DNA from: an uncultured Actinomycetes bacterium
GTDB lineage: Bacteria; Actinomycetota; UBA4738; HRBIN12
Assembly: GCA_963704725.1 (NCBI GenBank)
Contig: OY969934.1
Location: 2,145,040 to 2,209,039 of the forward strand
Direction: 5' to 3'
Length of the DNA stretch: 64,000 bases
Both the position numbers and the translations under genes were made by a program. Shown here in pieces: positions 55,535 to 64,000 of this stretch (position 1 is its first letter; every line of letters starts with the position of its first letter). The notes under the pieces are model-generated. The model had not been told where the DNA came from. It did no database searches and worked only from the letters and a program-made list of their open reading frames with translations.

Positions 55535-55566
55535 GGGGGGACACGCCCGGTGCGGCGTGTCCCCCA
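55535..55566 (+). terminator. GC-rich perfect hairpin (12-bp stem, 6-nt loop) directly after the TIGR03118 gene
   Basis: GGGGGACACGCC-cggtgc-GGCGTGTCCCCC, 10 nt after the stop; no U-tract, as is common in high-GC actinobacteria. Confidence 0.45.
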
Positions 55567-55704
55567 CGCGTTCGGGCTCTTCGGGAAGATCGAGGCCGCG
55601 GCTTGAGACGTTCGGGAGAGCGGAGCTCGCGGCGCGCGAGGCGGGTTCGCCCGCTTCCGGGAGCCCCGCTCACCCGCCCGCGTTCCCGGCCGGCGCCTCG
55701 GGCG

Positions 55705-56295
55705 CTACACCCACAGGAGGGCGACGGAGGCCACGAGGAGAACGGCGAGCGCGACGCTCACACCTCGACGCCTCCGTTCGTCCTCGATCACACGGCCGAG
55801 GGCGGCCCCGCCCGCCGCCCAGATCGAGGCCGACACGAGGACGACCACCATGAGCGTGCCGGTGAGCAGGATGACGCCGACGAGCCGAGGCAGCGCACGC
55901 GGCAGGAACGTGCCAACCGCGGCGACGGCGAAGATCCACGCCTTCGGGTTGACCCACTGGAACACGACGGCCCGCGGCACGGTGAGCGGGCGGGACACGT
56001 TCGCCCGTCCCACGGCGCCGCTCTCCAGGACCAGGTACGCCACGTACAGCAGATAGGCAGAGCCCACGACCTTGAGGACGAGCTCGGCCGCGGGCACGGC
56101 GTCGAGGAGGACGCCGATGCCGGTCGCCACGCCGATCACGAGCCCGCCGATCCCGAGCGCCGTCCCCACGACGTGCGGCATCGTCCGGCCGAACCCGAAC
56201 CGGAGTCCCGAGGCCCACAGCACCGCGTTGTTCGGGCCGGGCGACACCGAGCCCACGAAGGCGAAGCCCACGAGCGCCGCGAGCTCGCTCACCAT
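55705..56295 (-). CDS. LysE/RhtB family amino-acid exporter
   Basis: 196 aa, 6 TM, LysE-type N-terminus (FVGSVSPGPNN). Confidence 0.8.
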   Translation of the reverse strand: MVSELAALVGFAFVGSVSPGPNNAVLWASGLRFGFGRTMPHVVGTALGIGGLVIGVATGIGVLLDAVPAAELVLKVVGSAYLLYVAYLVLESGAVGRANVSRPLTVPRAVVFQWVNPKAWIFAVAAVGTFLPRALPRLVGVILLTGTLMVVVLVSASIWAAGGAALGRVIEDERRRRGVSVALAVLLVASVALLWV

Positions 56296-56350
56296 CGGGG
56301 GCGGGATCGACGTGCCATCGCCACCATCAAAGGACGGGCGGCCCGGGGCG

Positions 56351-57172
56351 GTCTTGTACGATCCTCGCGTGGTGGCCGCCCCCCGCGAGTGGGTCCACGC
56401 ATGGAAGCCGGCGGTCCCCGGCATCCAGGAGGTGTTCCACGCGCGGTTCGTCGATCACGCCTATCCCCCGCACACGCACGACGCCTGGACCGTGTTCATC
56501 GTCGACGAGGGTGCGATCCGCTACGACCTCGAGACTCGGCACCGGGGGGCGGCGGGACCGCGCGTGACGCTCCTGCCGCCGAACGTCGTGCACGACGGGC
56601 GACCGGCCGGCACCGCCGGGTTCCGCAAGCGCGTGCTGTACGTGGGGACCGACGTCCTCGGGGAAGAGCTGGTCGGCCCGGCCGTGGACGATCCCGACCT
56701 CGAGGACCGCGCGCTCCTTCGATGGATCCGGGCCCTCCACCGCGCGTTGCGGGACCCCAAGGACGCGTTCCGGGCCGAGGCGACGCTCGCCCTCGTGGCC
56801 GGGCGGATCCAGGCGCATCTCGGCAAGCCCGGCGCGACGTCGTTCGAGCGGTCCGAGGACGAGATCGCGACCGACCTCAGGGATCTCCTCGACGAGCACC
56901 GCTTCGAGCCGCTGACGCTGGCCGAGGCGGGGCGGATCCTGCACGTCTCGCCGGCGCATCTGGTGCGGTGCTTCACCCGAGCGTTCGGCATCGCGCCGCA
57001 CCGCTACATGGTGGCGCGCCGCATCGAGGCCGCGCGGCGGCGCCTCCTCGAGGGCGAGCCCGTGGCGGAGGTCGCGGCGAGCGTGGGATTCCACGACCAG
57101 GCGCACCTCACGCGGCACTTCCGCCGCCACGTGGGGACCACGCCCGGTCGGTACCCGTCCAGGCCCGCGTGA
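56351..57172 (+). CDS. AraC family transcriptional regulator (cupin sensor plus HTH)
   Basis: AraC-type double HTH at the C-terminus (LTLAEAGRILHVSPAHLVRCF ... VGFHDQAHLTRHF), cupin N-domain; divergent from lysE. Start approximate. Confidence 0.75.
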   Translation, partial: VLYDPRVVAAPREWVHAWKPAVPGIQEVFHARFVDHAYPPHTHDAWTVFIVDEGAIRYDLETRHRGAAGPRVTLLPPNVVHDGRPAGTAGFRKRVLYVGTDVLGEELVGPAVDDPDLEDRALLRWIRALHRALRDPKDAFRAEATLALVAGRIQAHLGKPGATSFERSEDEIATDLRDLLDEHRFEPLTLAEAGRILHVSPAHLVRCFTRAFGIAPHRYMVARRIEAARRRLLEGEPVAEVAASVGFHDQAHLTRHFRRHVGTTPGRYPSRPA

Positions 57173-57192
57173 CCGGGAGCCGGGGCGTCGCG

Positions 57193-57981
57193 ATGACCTC
57201 GGAACGAGCCCGCGTCGCGCGCGAGCTCGCGCTCGGCGGCTGCGTCGCCGCGACCGAGGAGGCCGACGCGCTGCTCCGGGCATCGGGTGAGGGCGTCGGT
57301 CCGATCGAGGAGCTCGTCGCCCGGAGGCTCCGTGGGGAGCCGCTGGCGTGGATCACCGGATGGGTTCGGTTCTGCGACCTCGCGATCCGCGTCGATCCCG
57401 GGGTGTTCGTGCCGAGACCGCACTCGGAGACGTTGGCTCGCCGGGCGGCGTCGCTGCTCCCGGCCGCCGGGATCGCCGTCGACCTGTGCACCGGTAGCGG
57501 CGCCGTGGCCGCCGTCCTGCGCTCGGCGCGACCGCGGTCAACGGTGGCCGGCACCGACGTCGATCCCGTCGCGGTCGCCTGTGCGGGCCGCAACGGCGTG
57601 CGCGCGCTCCTCGGCGATCTCGACGCGCCGTTGCCGCGGTCATGGCGGGGGCGGATCGACGTCGTGACCGCCGTGGCCCCCTACGTACCCACGGAGGAGC
57701 TCCACCTGCTCCCCCGGGACGTGCTCGCCCACGAACCCCGGCACGCGCTCGACGGCGGGCCGGGCGGGACGGCGATGCTCGCGCGGGCCGTCGATGCCGC
57801 GGCTCGATGGCTACGCCCCGGCGGCACCATGATCCTGGAGATCGGCGGCGATCAGGCAGAGGCGCTGAAGGTGCGCATGCAGGAGATCGGGCTCTCCGAG
57901 ATCCGCGTGCACCGCGACGACGACGGGCGGGATCTCGCGATGGAGGCACTCCGTCCCGCCGCGTTCACGAGGGGACGGTGA
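57193..57981 (+). CDS. HemK/PrmC-like N5-glutamine methyltransferase of unknown substrate (TIGR03704-like)
   Basis: SAM-MTase fold (VDLCTGSGAV) with the NPPY-like motif (VAPYVP); 262 aa; begins 20 nt after the AraC stop. Confidence 0.75.
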   Translation: MTSERARVARELALGGCVAATEEADALLRASGEGVGPIEELVARRLRGEPLAWITGWVRFCDLAIRVDPGVFVPRPHSETLARRAASLLPAAGIAVDLCTGSGAVAAVLRSARPRSTVAGTDVDPVAVACAGRNGVRALLGDLDAPLPRSWRGRIDVVTAVAPYVPTEELHLLPRDVLAHEPRHALDGGPGGTAMLARAVDAAARWLRPGGTMILEIGGDQAEALKVRMQEIGLSEIRVHRDDDGRDLAMEALRPAAFTRGR

Positions 57982-58058
57982 CCGCGCAAGGGCTCGGTCC
58001 CGTCGGTGGGGCGGCCGGATGACCGCGTCCCACCGACGGGACCGTCGCCGGTCGAGCG

Positions 58059-58727
58059 CTACGGGGCGATCACGTTCAATGCGGCGGCGGGCTGCGCCAG
58101 CGGCTCGGGCTCTCCCAGGAACCGGGACGCGAGGTAGGGACTGAGATACGGCATGCGCGGGTCGACGATCCGCCCGTTCACCTCCTGGAGCCCGAGCGAG
58201 GCCAGGTACGACTCGCGCAGGCCCGGGAACTGCGCGAACAGCAGGTCCTGCGTCCCGCCGGATCCGACCAGGTAGGCGGGGTTCGCGACGAAGAGCCGAC
58301 CGAGCGGACCGAGCATGGTCGGGTTGTTCCGGAAGTACGCGAGGTAGGGGCTGGGCTCATGCTCCCCTCCCGCCGCGTTGCCGGCGAGGACGTCGCGGGC
58401 CACGTCCGTGAACAGCGCCGCGCGCAGCTCCTGCCGGGTGACTCCGGCTGCGTACGCCTGCTCGGCCGCCGCCTGGAGCTGCCCCAGTGGCACGTCGGCC
58501 ACGGCCAGAGATCCGAACTCCACCTGCCCGTCCCACCATCGCCCGTACGCCCTCATCTGTGCCTGCGACACCTCCGGGCGATCCGGCGCCGCGGCCTGGT
58601 CGAGCGCCGCCCCCCACGCCGGGGCGGCCTGCATGACCGTGAGCCCGAGGAACGCCAGCACCACCGCGCCGGCGATGCGTCGGGAGACTCCGGTCTTCGG
58701 ACCCGATGCCTCGTTCGATCTCTGCAT
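58059..58727 (-). CDS. Hypothetical secreted protein (222 aa)
   Basis: Signal peptide (IAGAVVLAFLGLTVMQAAPAWGA); no known domain; downstream of, and co-directional with, the sigma/PASTA genes. Confidence 0.5.
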   Translation of the reverse strand: MQRSNEASGPKTGVSRRIAGAVVLAFLGLTVMQAAPAWGAALDQAAAPDRPEVSQAQMRAYGRWWDGQVEFGSLAVADVPLGQLQAAAEQAYAAGVTRQELRAALFTDVARDVLAGNAAGGEHEPSPYLAYFRNNPTMLGPLGRLFVANPAYLVGSGGTQDLLFAQFPGLRESYLASLGLQEVNGRIVDPRMPYLSPYLASRFLGEPEPLAQPAAALNVIAP

Positions 58728-58744
58728 CTCCTTCTCCTTTCTGT

Positions 58745-59797
58745 TCACGGCGATCCGTTCGGCGCCGGCCCCGTGCTGACGTGGAGCTCGACGCTCGCCC
58801 CGGCCGTCACCTCGACGCCCGCCGCGGGCTGCTGGGAGGTGACCAGCCCCGCCGGGACCTCCTCCGACGGCTCGAGGGTGACGGTCACGGCCAGTCCGAG
58901 GTCGGCCAGGATCGCCCGGGCCTCGGCCGGCGACAGGCCGGCGACGTTGGGCACCAGGGTCACGACCGGCTGCGCGGTCGCGCCTCCCGGCGGCTCCGGG
59001 TCGGGGAAGGCGTTGGCCCGGATGAACGGGGTGCAGGTCACCGTCGCCTCCGCCGCGTCCCCGATCGTGGAATCGTCCTCGAGGGGCACCTCGCCCACCT
59101 CGCCCACCGCGGCGCCCGCGAAGGACGCGCTGCCGAGGAGCCGGCCGTTCGCGCTCCACACGGCCGCCGTGCACGCCTGCGCGCCGAGCTGCAGGCCCTC
59201 GGGGACCTCGGGCACCTCCACGTCGTACCGGATCGACAGGTGATCGCCGGCGTCCACGATGCGCGCGTTGGCGATCGCCACCGCGACCGGGGCGTCGAGA
59301 CGTCCGGGCTCGCACGAGCCCGTGGCCGTCGCCCCCTCGATCGGGGCATCGACCGGCGCGACCATGGGGCCCGACCGGCCCTGGGACAGCGCGGTGAGCT
59401 CGAACGAGAGCGAGCCGATCTGCGAACCCGACGCGGCGAAGACCCTGAGCTCGCACGGATGCACCCCCGGGTACGCCGCGGTGGACCATCGGGGGATGAA
59501 GGTCACGTCGGCCCGGGTCGGGTCGGCCTCCCCGGTCGCGGGATCGAGGTGGGGCGCCACCTGGAACTCGGACAGCACGTACGTCTGCGATCCGGTCGAG
59601 CCGGGCGTTCCCTCCCCCGGCTGGAGCGCGGTCCACGCGAACCAGCCCGCCGCCGCGAACAGGCCGAGCGCGACGAACCCCGCGGACAGCTGCCGGGTCC
59701 GGCGTCGGCGCTCGACGCGACGCTCCACCGATCGTTGGTCCCCGCGCGGCTCGAACGAGCCGACCGCCTCCTTCAGCAGATCCTGGACGTCAGGCAT
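58745..59797 (-). CDS. Single-pass membrane protein with C-terminal PASTA domain (possible anti-sigma factor partner)
   Basis: 38-aa cytoplasmic N-terminus, one TM helix (FVALGLFAAAGWFAW), about 290 aa extracytoplasmic region ending in a clear PASTA domain (VPNVAGLSPAEARAILADLGLAVTV ... VTSQQPAAGVEVTAGASVELHVS). ATG overlaps the sigma gene stop by 8 nt. Confidence 0.7.
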   Translation of the reverse strand: MPDVQDLLKEAVGSFEPRGDQRSVERRVERRRRTRQLSAGFVALGLFAAAGWFAWTALQPGEGTPGSTGSQTYVLSEFQVAPHLDPATGEADPTRADVTFIPRWSTAAYPGVHPCELRVFAASGSQIGSLSFELTALSQGRSGPMVAPVDAPIEGATATGSCEPGRLDAPVAVAIANARIVDAGDHLSIRYDVEVPEVPEGLQLGAQACTAAVWSANGRLLGSASFAGAAVGEVGEVPLEDDSTIGDAAEATVTCTPFIRANAFPDPEPPGGATAQPVVTLVPNVAGLSPAEARAILADLGLAVTVTLEPSEEVPAGLVTSQQPAAGVEVTAGASVELHVSTGPAPNGSP

Positions 59798-60275
59798 CGT
59801 CGTCACCCCCATAGCGTTCGCGCAGGCTGAGACGGGCGCGGTGGAGCCGCCCCCGGACCGACGCCGCCTCGATCCCGAGGATCCTGCCGGCCTCCTCGGC
59901 CGAGTATCCGAGCCACTCGACGAGCACGAGCGCCTCACGCTGGGCTCGAGGGATCGAGCGGATGGCCCGGAGCAGGTCGAGGCGGCGATCGGTGGCCTCC
60001 GTCTCCTCGGAGGGCTCGCGCAGCACCTGCCGGCGCGCGGCCATGGCCAACCGCCGCACCGCATTCCGATGCAGGTTCAGGGCCGTCCGGTAGAGGTACC
60101 CCTCGGGGTCCTCCATCGCCGAGACCCGGTCCCACCGCTCGAGGACCCTGGCCATGGCCTCCTGGGCCAGGTCCTCGCCCTCGGCCGCGCTCCCCGTGAG
60201 CAGCAGGCACGCCCGCGCCAGGCGTCGGTACCGCTCCGCGAAGAAGTCGCCGAAGGCCGGTGCCTCACTGGTCAT
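59790..60275 (-). CDS. ECF-type RNA polymerase sigma factor (sigma-70 regions 2 and 4)
   Basis: Region 2 (YLYRTALNLHRNAVRR) and region 4 HTH (REALVLVEWLGYSAEEAGRILGIEAASVRGRLHRAR). Confidence 0.85.
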   Translation of the reverse strand: MTSEAPAFGDFFAERYRRLARACLLLTGSAAEGEDLAQEAMARVLERWDRVSAMEDPEGYLYRTALNLHRNAVRRLAMAARRQVLREPSEETEATDRRLDLLRAIRSIPRAQREALVLVEWLGYSAEEAGRILGIEAASVRGRLHRARLSLRERYGGDDDA

Positions 60276-60369
60276 GGGCAGAGTCTGCAGGGCCTGCACG
60301 ACTCATGAACACACTGGGCGGCCGTTCCGTTCGGGTCGCCCCCGGAACGGTCGGCCCGCCCGCGCAGGA

Positions 60370-61350
60370 TCAGCCGGCGGGCCGCTCCCGCCGGGAGGCC
60401 AGGGTGGCGCCGGCGATGACGAGCGCCACGCCCACGATGGAGGACGGATGCAGCGCCTCGTCCCGGAACACCACCCCCAGGACCATCGCCACGACCGGGA
60501 TCAGGTAGGTGGCGAACGACGCCCGTGACGACCCGACCCGTGAGACCAGACGGCCCATGAGGACGAAGGCGAAGCCGGTTCCCACCATCCCGAGCGCCGA
60601 GACCGCCAGCAGCGACCTCCACGCGAAACCCGATCCGGCGAGGCCGACGAGTCCCAGCGGAGCCGTCCACAGGGACGCCAGCGCGAGCATCCGCGCCATC
60701 ACCGGCAGTGATCCGTACCGCTGTGTCAGCGGGGTCGCGATGTTGATGGCCAGCCCGTAGCAGACCGTCGCCGCCAGGACCAGCCCGACGCCGAGCGCCT
60801 CGCTCGAACCCTCTCCGGCCGACGGGACCGCGATGGTGGCGACGCCGGCGAAGCCGACGATCAGCCCCAGGGCCTGGGTCCGACCCGGGAGCCGCCGCAG
60901 CATGAGCGAGCCGATCGTCACCGCGAAGATGGGCAGGGCACCGTTCAGCAGGCCGGTCAGGCCCGAGGAGATCGATTGTTCGGCGATCGGGAAGAGCGTG
61001 AAGGGGATCGCGACCCACAGGGCAGACAGGGCAACGAGGCGTGCGGCGTCCTCCCGCCGCACCCGCCTCCGGCTCGCCGGCACGAGCCACAGCACCCCGG
61101 CGCCGAACAGGATCCGCAGCCAGGTGACGAGGCCCGGCTCGAACGCGTCCAGCCCGATCGCGATGAGCAGGAACGACGATCCCCAGATCCCTCCGATCGA
61201 CAGGAAGATCGCCCAATCGAGCCGGGTGAACGAGCCGAGGTGGGTCCCCGCGCTCGTCGTGAGCAGCCGGCGTGTGCCGGCGGTCTCGTCCGCCGCGAGC
61301 TCTCGACGTCCCGTGATCCCCTCACCCCCAGGCCCGACTCGACCGCACAA
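60370..61350 (-). CDS. DMT superfamily transporter (EamA/RhaT, two EamA domains)
   Basis: 10 TM helices, two EamA repeats. Start uncertain. Confidence 0.7.
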   Translation of the reverse strand: MCGRVGPGGEGITGRRELAADETAGTRRLLTTSAGTHLGSFTRLDWAIFLSIGGIWGSSFLLIAIGLDAFEPGLVTWLRILFGAGVLWLVPASRRRVRREDAARLVALSALWVAIPFTLFPIAEQSISSGLTGLLNGALPIFAVTIGSLMLRRLPGRTQALGLIVGFAGVATIAVPSAGEGSSEALGVGLVLAATVCYGLAINIATPLTQRYGSLPVMARMLALASLWTAPLGLVGLAGSGFAWRSLLAVSALGMVGTGFAFVLMGRLVSRVGSSRASFATYLIPVVAMVLGVVFRDEALHPSSIVGVALVIAGATLASRRERPAG

Positions 61351-61380
61351 CGATCGATCCCCGGCGTTCGTGAGACGGGC

Positions 61381-63009
61381 TCAGCCCGACTCGCGCGATC
61401 GCTCCTCGCCGGCCTCGACGACGAGCTCGGGTGCGGATCCGGGCTCGATCGACCCGAACTCCGTGAGCAGCTCGTCGCCCACCTCCATCGCCCCGACGTG
61501 CGCCGTCTCTCGCAGCTCCTTCTCGGGCAGGAGCCACGTGACCAGGAAGGCCGCGATCGCCAGGGGCACCGCGGCCAGGAAGACCACGTGGATCGATCGC
61601 GCCAGCGCGAGGAGGACCGACTCGCGGATCGGAGGAGGAAGCGCGCGGATCGCCTGCGGGCTGCCCTGCAGCTGATCGGCGTTCACGGGCCCCGTGCCGC
61701 CGGGGAGCAGCCGCGCCAGGTTGAACGCGAGCCGGTTGTTGAAGATCGCCCCGTAGATGGCCACGCCGAAGGCGCCGCCCATGGAGCGGGTGAAGGTCTC
61801 GGTCGCGGTGGCCGTGCCGAGGTCGCTGTGCGGCACGCTGTTCTGCACGGCAAGCACCATGACCTGGATGATCATGCCCATGCCGAGGCCGAGCACCACC
61901 ATGTACAGGGACGAGGTGACCCGTGACGTCCCGACCCCCATGGTGGACATGAGGTACATCCCCACGGCGATCGTGGCCGTGCCGACGATCGGGAACCGCT
62001 TGTAGCGGCCCGTCCTCGTGATCATGCGCCCGGAGGCGATCGAGGAGAACATCAGCCCCGCCATGAGCGGCAGGATCAGCAGCCCGGAGTTCTCGGCGCT
62101 CGCGCCGCCGACGGTCTGCAGGTACAGGGGGAGGAAGATGATGGCGCCGAACATGGCGAACCCGACGAGGAACTCCAGGCCGCTCGCCACCGAGAACACC
62201 GGATCCCGCCACAGGCGGAGCGGGATCACCGGCTCGGCGGCGCGCCCCTCCTGCAGGACGAACAGGACGAGAAGCACCACGCCGGCGATCGCCAAGCCCA
62301 CGATCGTCGGCGAGCCCCACGGGTACTGGGTGCCACCCCACACGGTGACGAGCAGGAGACAGGTGGCGCTCCCCATCACGAGGGCCGCCCCCAGGTAGTC
62401 GATCGCGTGCTGGACGCGGCGGAAGTTCACGTTCAGCGCGGAGGACGTGACCACGAGCGCGAGCGCACCGACGGGAACGTTCACGTAGAAGACCCATCGC
62501 CAGGTGAGATGGTCGACGAACCACCCGCCGAGCAGTGGCCCGACCACGCTCGCGAACGCGAACACCGCGCCGAGGTATCCCTGGTACTTGCCGCGCTCGC
62601 GCGGTGAGACGACGTCGCCGATGATGGCCTGCGCCATCGAGATCAGACCCCCGCCCCCCACGCCCTGCAGCGCACGGAACAGGACGAGCTCGAGCATGTT
62701 CTCCGACAGCCCGGCGAGGGCGGAGCCGGCGACGAAGATGACGATGGCGGCCTGGAACACGATCTTGCGGCCGAGCAGGTCGCTCACCTTGCCGTACAGA
62801 GGCACCGAGACCGTCGACGTCAACAGGTACGCGGTGACCACCCACGACAGGTGGTTGAGCCCGCCGAGGTCGCCGACGATCGTCGGGAGGGCGGTGGCCA
62901 CGATGGTCTGGTCGAGCGCCGCGACGAGCAGCCCGGCCATAAGGCCGCTGAACACGATGAGGATCTCTCGATGCGAGAGCGCGCTGCCGCCCGACGTCGT
63001 GTCGCTCAC
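61381..63009 (-). CDS. MFS transporter, DHA2 (EmrB/QacA, 14-TMS) drug:H+ antiporter family
   Basis: 542 aa. 14 predicted TM helices; DHA2 motifs (LDQTIVATALPTI, GRKIVF). Confidence 0.85.
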   Translation of the reverse strand: MSDTTSGGSALSHREILIVFSGLMAGLLVAALDQTIVATALPTIVGDLGGLNHLSWVVTAYLLTSTVSVPLYGKVSDLLGRKIVFQAAIVIFVAGSALAGLSENMLELVLFRALQGVGGGGLISMAQAIIGDVVSPRERGKYQGYLGAVFAFASVVGPLLGGWFVDHLTWRWVFYVNVPVGALALVVTSSALNVNFRRVQHAIDYLGAALVMGSATCLLLVTVWGGTQYPWGSPTIVGLAIAGVVLLVLFVLQEGRAAEPVIPLRLWRDPVFSVASGLEFLVGFAMFGAIIFLPLYLQTVGGASAENSGLLILPLMAGLMFSSIASGRMITRTGRYKRFPIVGTATIAVGMYLMSTMGVGTSRVTSSLYMVVLGLGMGMIIQVMVLAVQNSVPHSDLGTATATETFTRSMGGAFGVAIYGAIFNNRLAFNLARLLPGGTGPVNADQLQGSPQAIRALPPPIRESVLLALARSIHVVFLAAVPLAIAAFLVTWLLPEKELRETAHVGAMEVGDELLTEFGSIEPGSAPELVVEAGEERSRESG

Positions 63010-63339
63010 GGTCCCGATCCCTCCTCACCGCGGACCCGTCGAGACTCTCACGACCGGGTCGAGCGTGACATGCTACGGTCGTCTCGACGCGTTCCGAGTG
63101 GCTTCCCGGCGGGTCGATCTTCTCGACCCGGCCCGGCGACACGGTGAACGTAGCCGCCGAACAGAGACCTCCCTGGTGGGCGATCGGGAGCGGCGAAGGC
63201 GATGGCGCGAGGAGGCGACCCTCCGAAGCCGCATCGTGGAATCGGCTCGGGAACGATGATCCCCCACGTCCGGATCCGTCTCCATGGCTATCGCAGCATC
63301 GTGGCGGGCCCGTCCGGCGCGGCGGAGGAGGGAGGCAGC

Positions 63340-63732
63340 ATGAGTTCCTGGCCGAATGGGATCGATGCCATCACGTTGTTCGTCGGGGATCTGGTTGCGG
63401 CGAAGGACTTCTACCAGAGGGTGTTCGGCCTGCCGGTGTTCTTCGAAGACGACGACTCGGCGGTCTTCAACTTCGGGAACACCGTCGTGAACCTGCTGAA
63501 AGAGGCGGCGGCGACCGAGCTGATCGAAACCCGCAGTCGTGGCACCTCACGACGCGGGATCCCGGCTCCAGTTCACGATCGAGGTGGACGACGTGGACGT
63601 GATGTGCGAGCGCCTGGCCTCGCACGGCGTGCGGTTGCTGAATGGCCCGATGGATCGCCCTTGGGGGTTTGCACCGCCAGCTTCATGGACCCGGGCGGTC
63701 ACATCTGGGAGATCGCGCACCGACTGACCTGA
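63340..63732 (+). pseudogene. VOC (glyoxalase/bleomycin-resistance) family gene carrying two compensating frameshifts
   Basis: The N-terminus (MSSWPNGIDAITLFVGDLVAAKDFYQRVFG ...) and the C-terminus (FMDPGGHIWEIAH) are in one frame. The central beta-alpha-beta segment (RLQFTIEVDDVDVMCERLASHGVRLLNGPMDRPWGF) is only readable in the +1 frame (track ORF 63539..63727). Good SD (GGAGGGAGG) upstream of the ATG. Confidence 0.55.
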
Positions 63733-63775
63733 TTCCACCCGACGAGCCATTCCGGCTCTGACCTGCGGTTTCTCT

Positions 63776-63850
63776 TGGTGGGCGCTAGAGGATTTGAACC
63801 TCTGGCCTCTTCCGCGTCAAGGAAGCGCTCTACCCCTGAGCTAAGCGCCC
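63776..63850 (-). tRNA. tRNA-Asp (anticodon GTC), CCA encoded
   Basis: Hand-folded: acceptor GGGCGCT/AGCGCCC, D-arm GCTC-AGGGGTA-GAGC, anticodon arm CTTCC-TTGACGC-GGAAG, T-arm AGAGG-TTCAAAT-CCTCT, 3' ACCA. Coordinates +/-1. Confidence 0.85.
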
Positions 63851-63876
63851 GCAGCCCGGCATGGTACCGGGTCTCG

Positions 63877-63947
63877 AGGCGGGGACCGGAATTGAACCGG
63901 TGTACAGGGTTTTGCAGACCCTTGCCTAACCACTCGGCCACCCCGCC
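63877..63947 (-). tRNA. tRNA-Cys (anticodon GCA)
   Basis: Hand-folded: acceptor GGCGGGG/CCCCGCC, anticodon arm AGGGT-CTGCAAA-ACCCT, T-arm ACCGG-TTCAATT-CCGGT, discriminator U. Coordinates +/-1. Confidence 0.85.
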
Positions 63948-64000
63948 GGTGAGCCCGTTGTCGGGCCGGCGGACAGTCTACTTGCAGATGCGACACGGGC

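Noticed and set aside
55231-57981. 916-aa plus-strand ORF
   Set aside because: Only the C-terminal 262 aa (HemK-like MTase) carry homology. The rest is Arg-rich read-through across LysE (antisense) and an alternate frame of AraC.
63699-63941. 80-aa minus ORF at window end
   Set aside because: Completely overlaps tRNA-Asp and tRNA-Cys; the tRNA cloverleaves explain the sequence.

Overview
This is a 64 kb window of very high-GC (about 72-73 %) bacterial chromosome, almost certainly actinobacterial. The linked genes thrS, a HIT protein, pgsA1, the PIM acyltransferase and pimA reproduce the Mycobacterium Rv2614c-Rv2610c phosphatidylinositol-mannoside cluster. The window is densely coding and mostly ordinary chromosome. 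I see no transposase, integrase or CRISPR array. Because of the GC content the six-frame track is full of long spurious antisense or alternate-frame ORFs. Genes were called on homology, on GC3 and on chaining by 4-nt GTGA/ATGA/TTGA start-stop overlaps. Line-label indexing and track coordinates disagree by 1 nt near 34.4-34.6 kb and along metE-like-1; track coordinates were trusted there. Content, left to right: (1) htpX, lemA, pimA, patA and pgsA1; a fusA2-like EF-G paralog; two tandem alpha/beta hydrolases, one catalytically dead; a HIT protein; thrS; a MacB-type ABC exporter; tRNA-Val. (2) apgM. (3) A signalling operon that looks undescribed: a STAS anti-sigma antagonist, a stand-alone CheB methylesterase, a CheR methyltransferase with PAS and coiled-coil domains, an RsbW-like serine kinase, and a small ORF. 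(4) A xylose regulon (a ROK-family regulator here called xylR, a CRTAC1/FG-GAP protein, an M24 peptidase, xylA, an unknown gene, xylB, and divergently xylFHG). (5) A large unknown membrane protein, a MetE-like methyltransferase behind a possible SAM riboswitch, and a secreted M36 fungalysin-like protease. (6) A two-component system and a Liv-type ABC transporter. (7) An aromatic catabolism island: a pobR-like IclR regulator, an aldehyde dehydrogenase, pobA and a second MetE-like gene coupled to pobA, convergent with pcaHGBDC. (8) Secreted and regulatory genes (a TIGR03118 beta-propeller protein, LysE, AraC, a HemK-like methyltransferase). (9) An ECF sigma factor with a PASTA-domain membrane protein and a secreted protein. 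(10) EamA and MFS transporters, a frameshifted VOC gene, tRNA-Asp and tRNA-Cys. The most interesting candidates are the methylation-plus-partner-switching operon, the MetE-like gene embedded in the pobA operon, the sigma/PASTA module and the unknown gene inside xylA-xylB.
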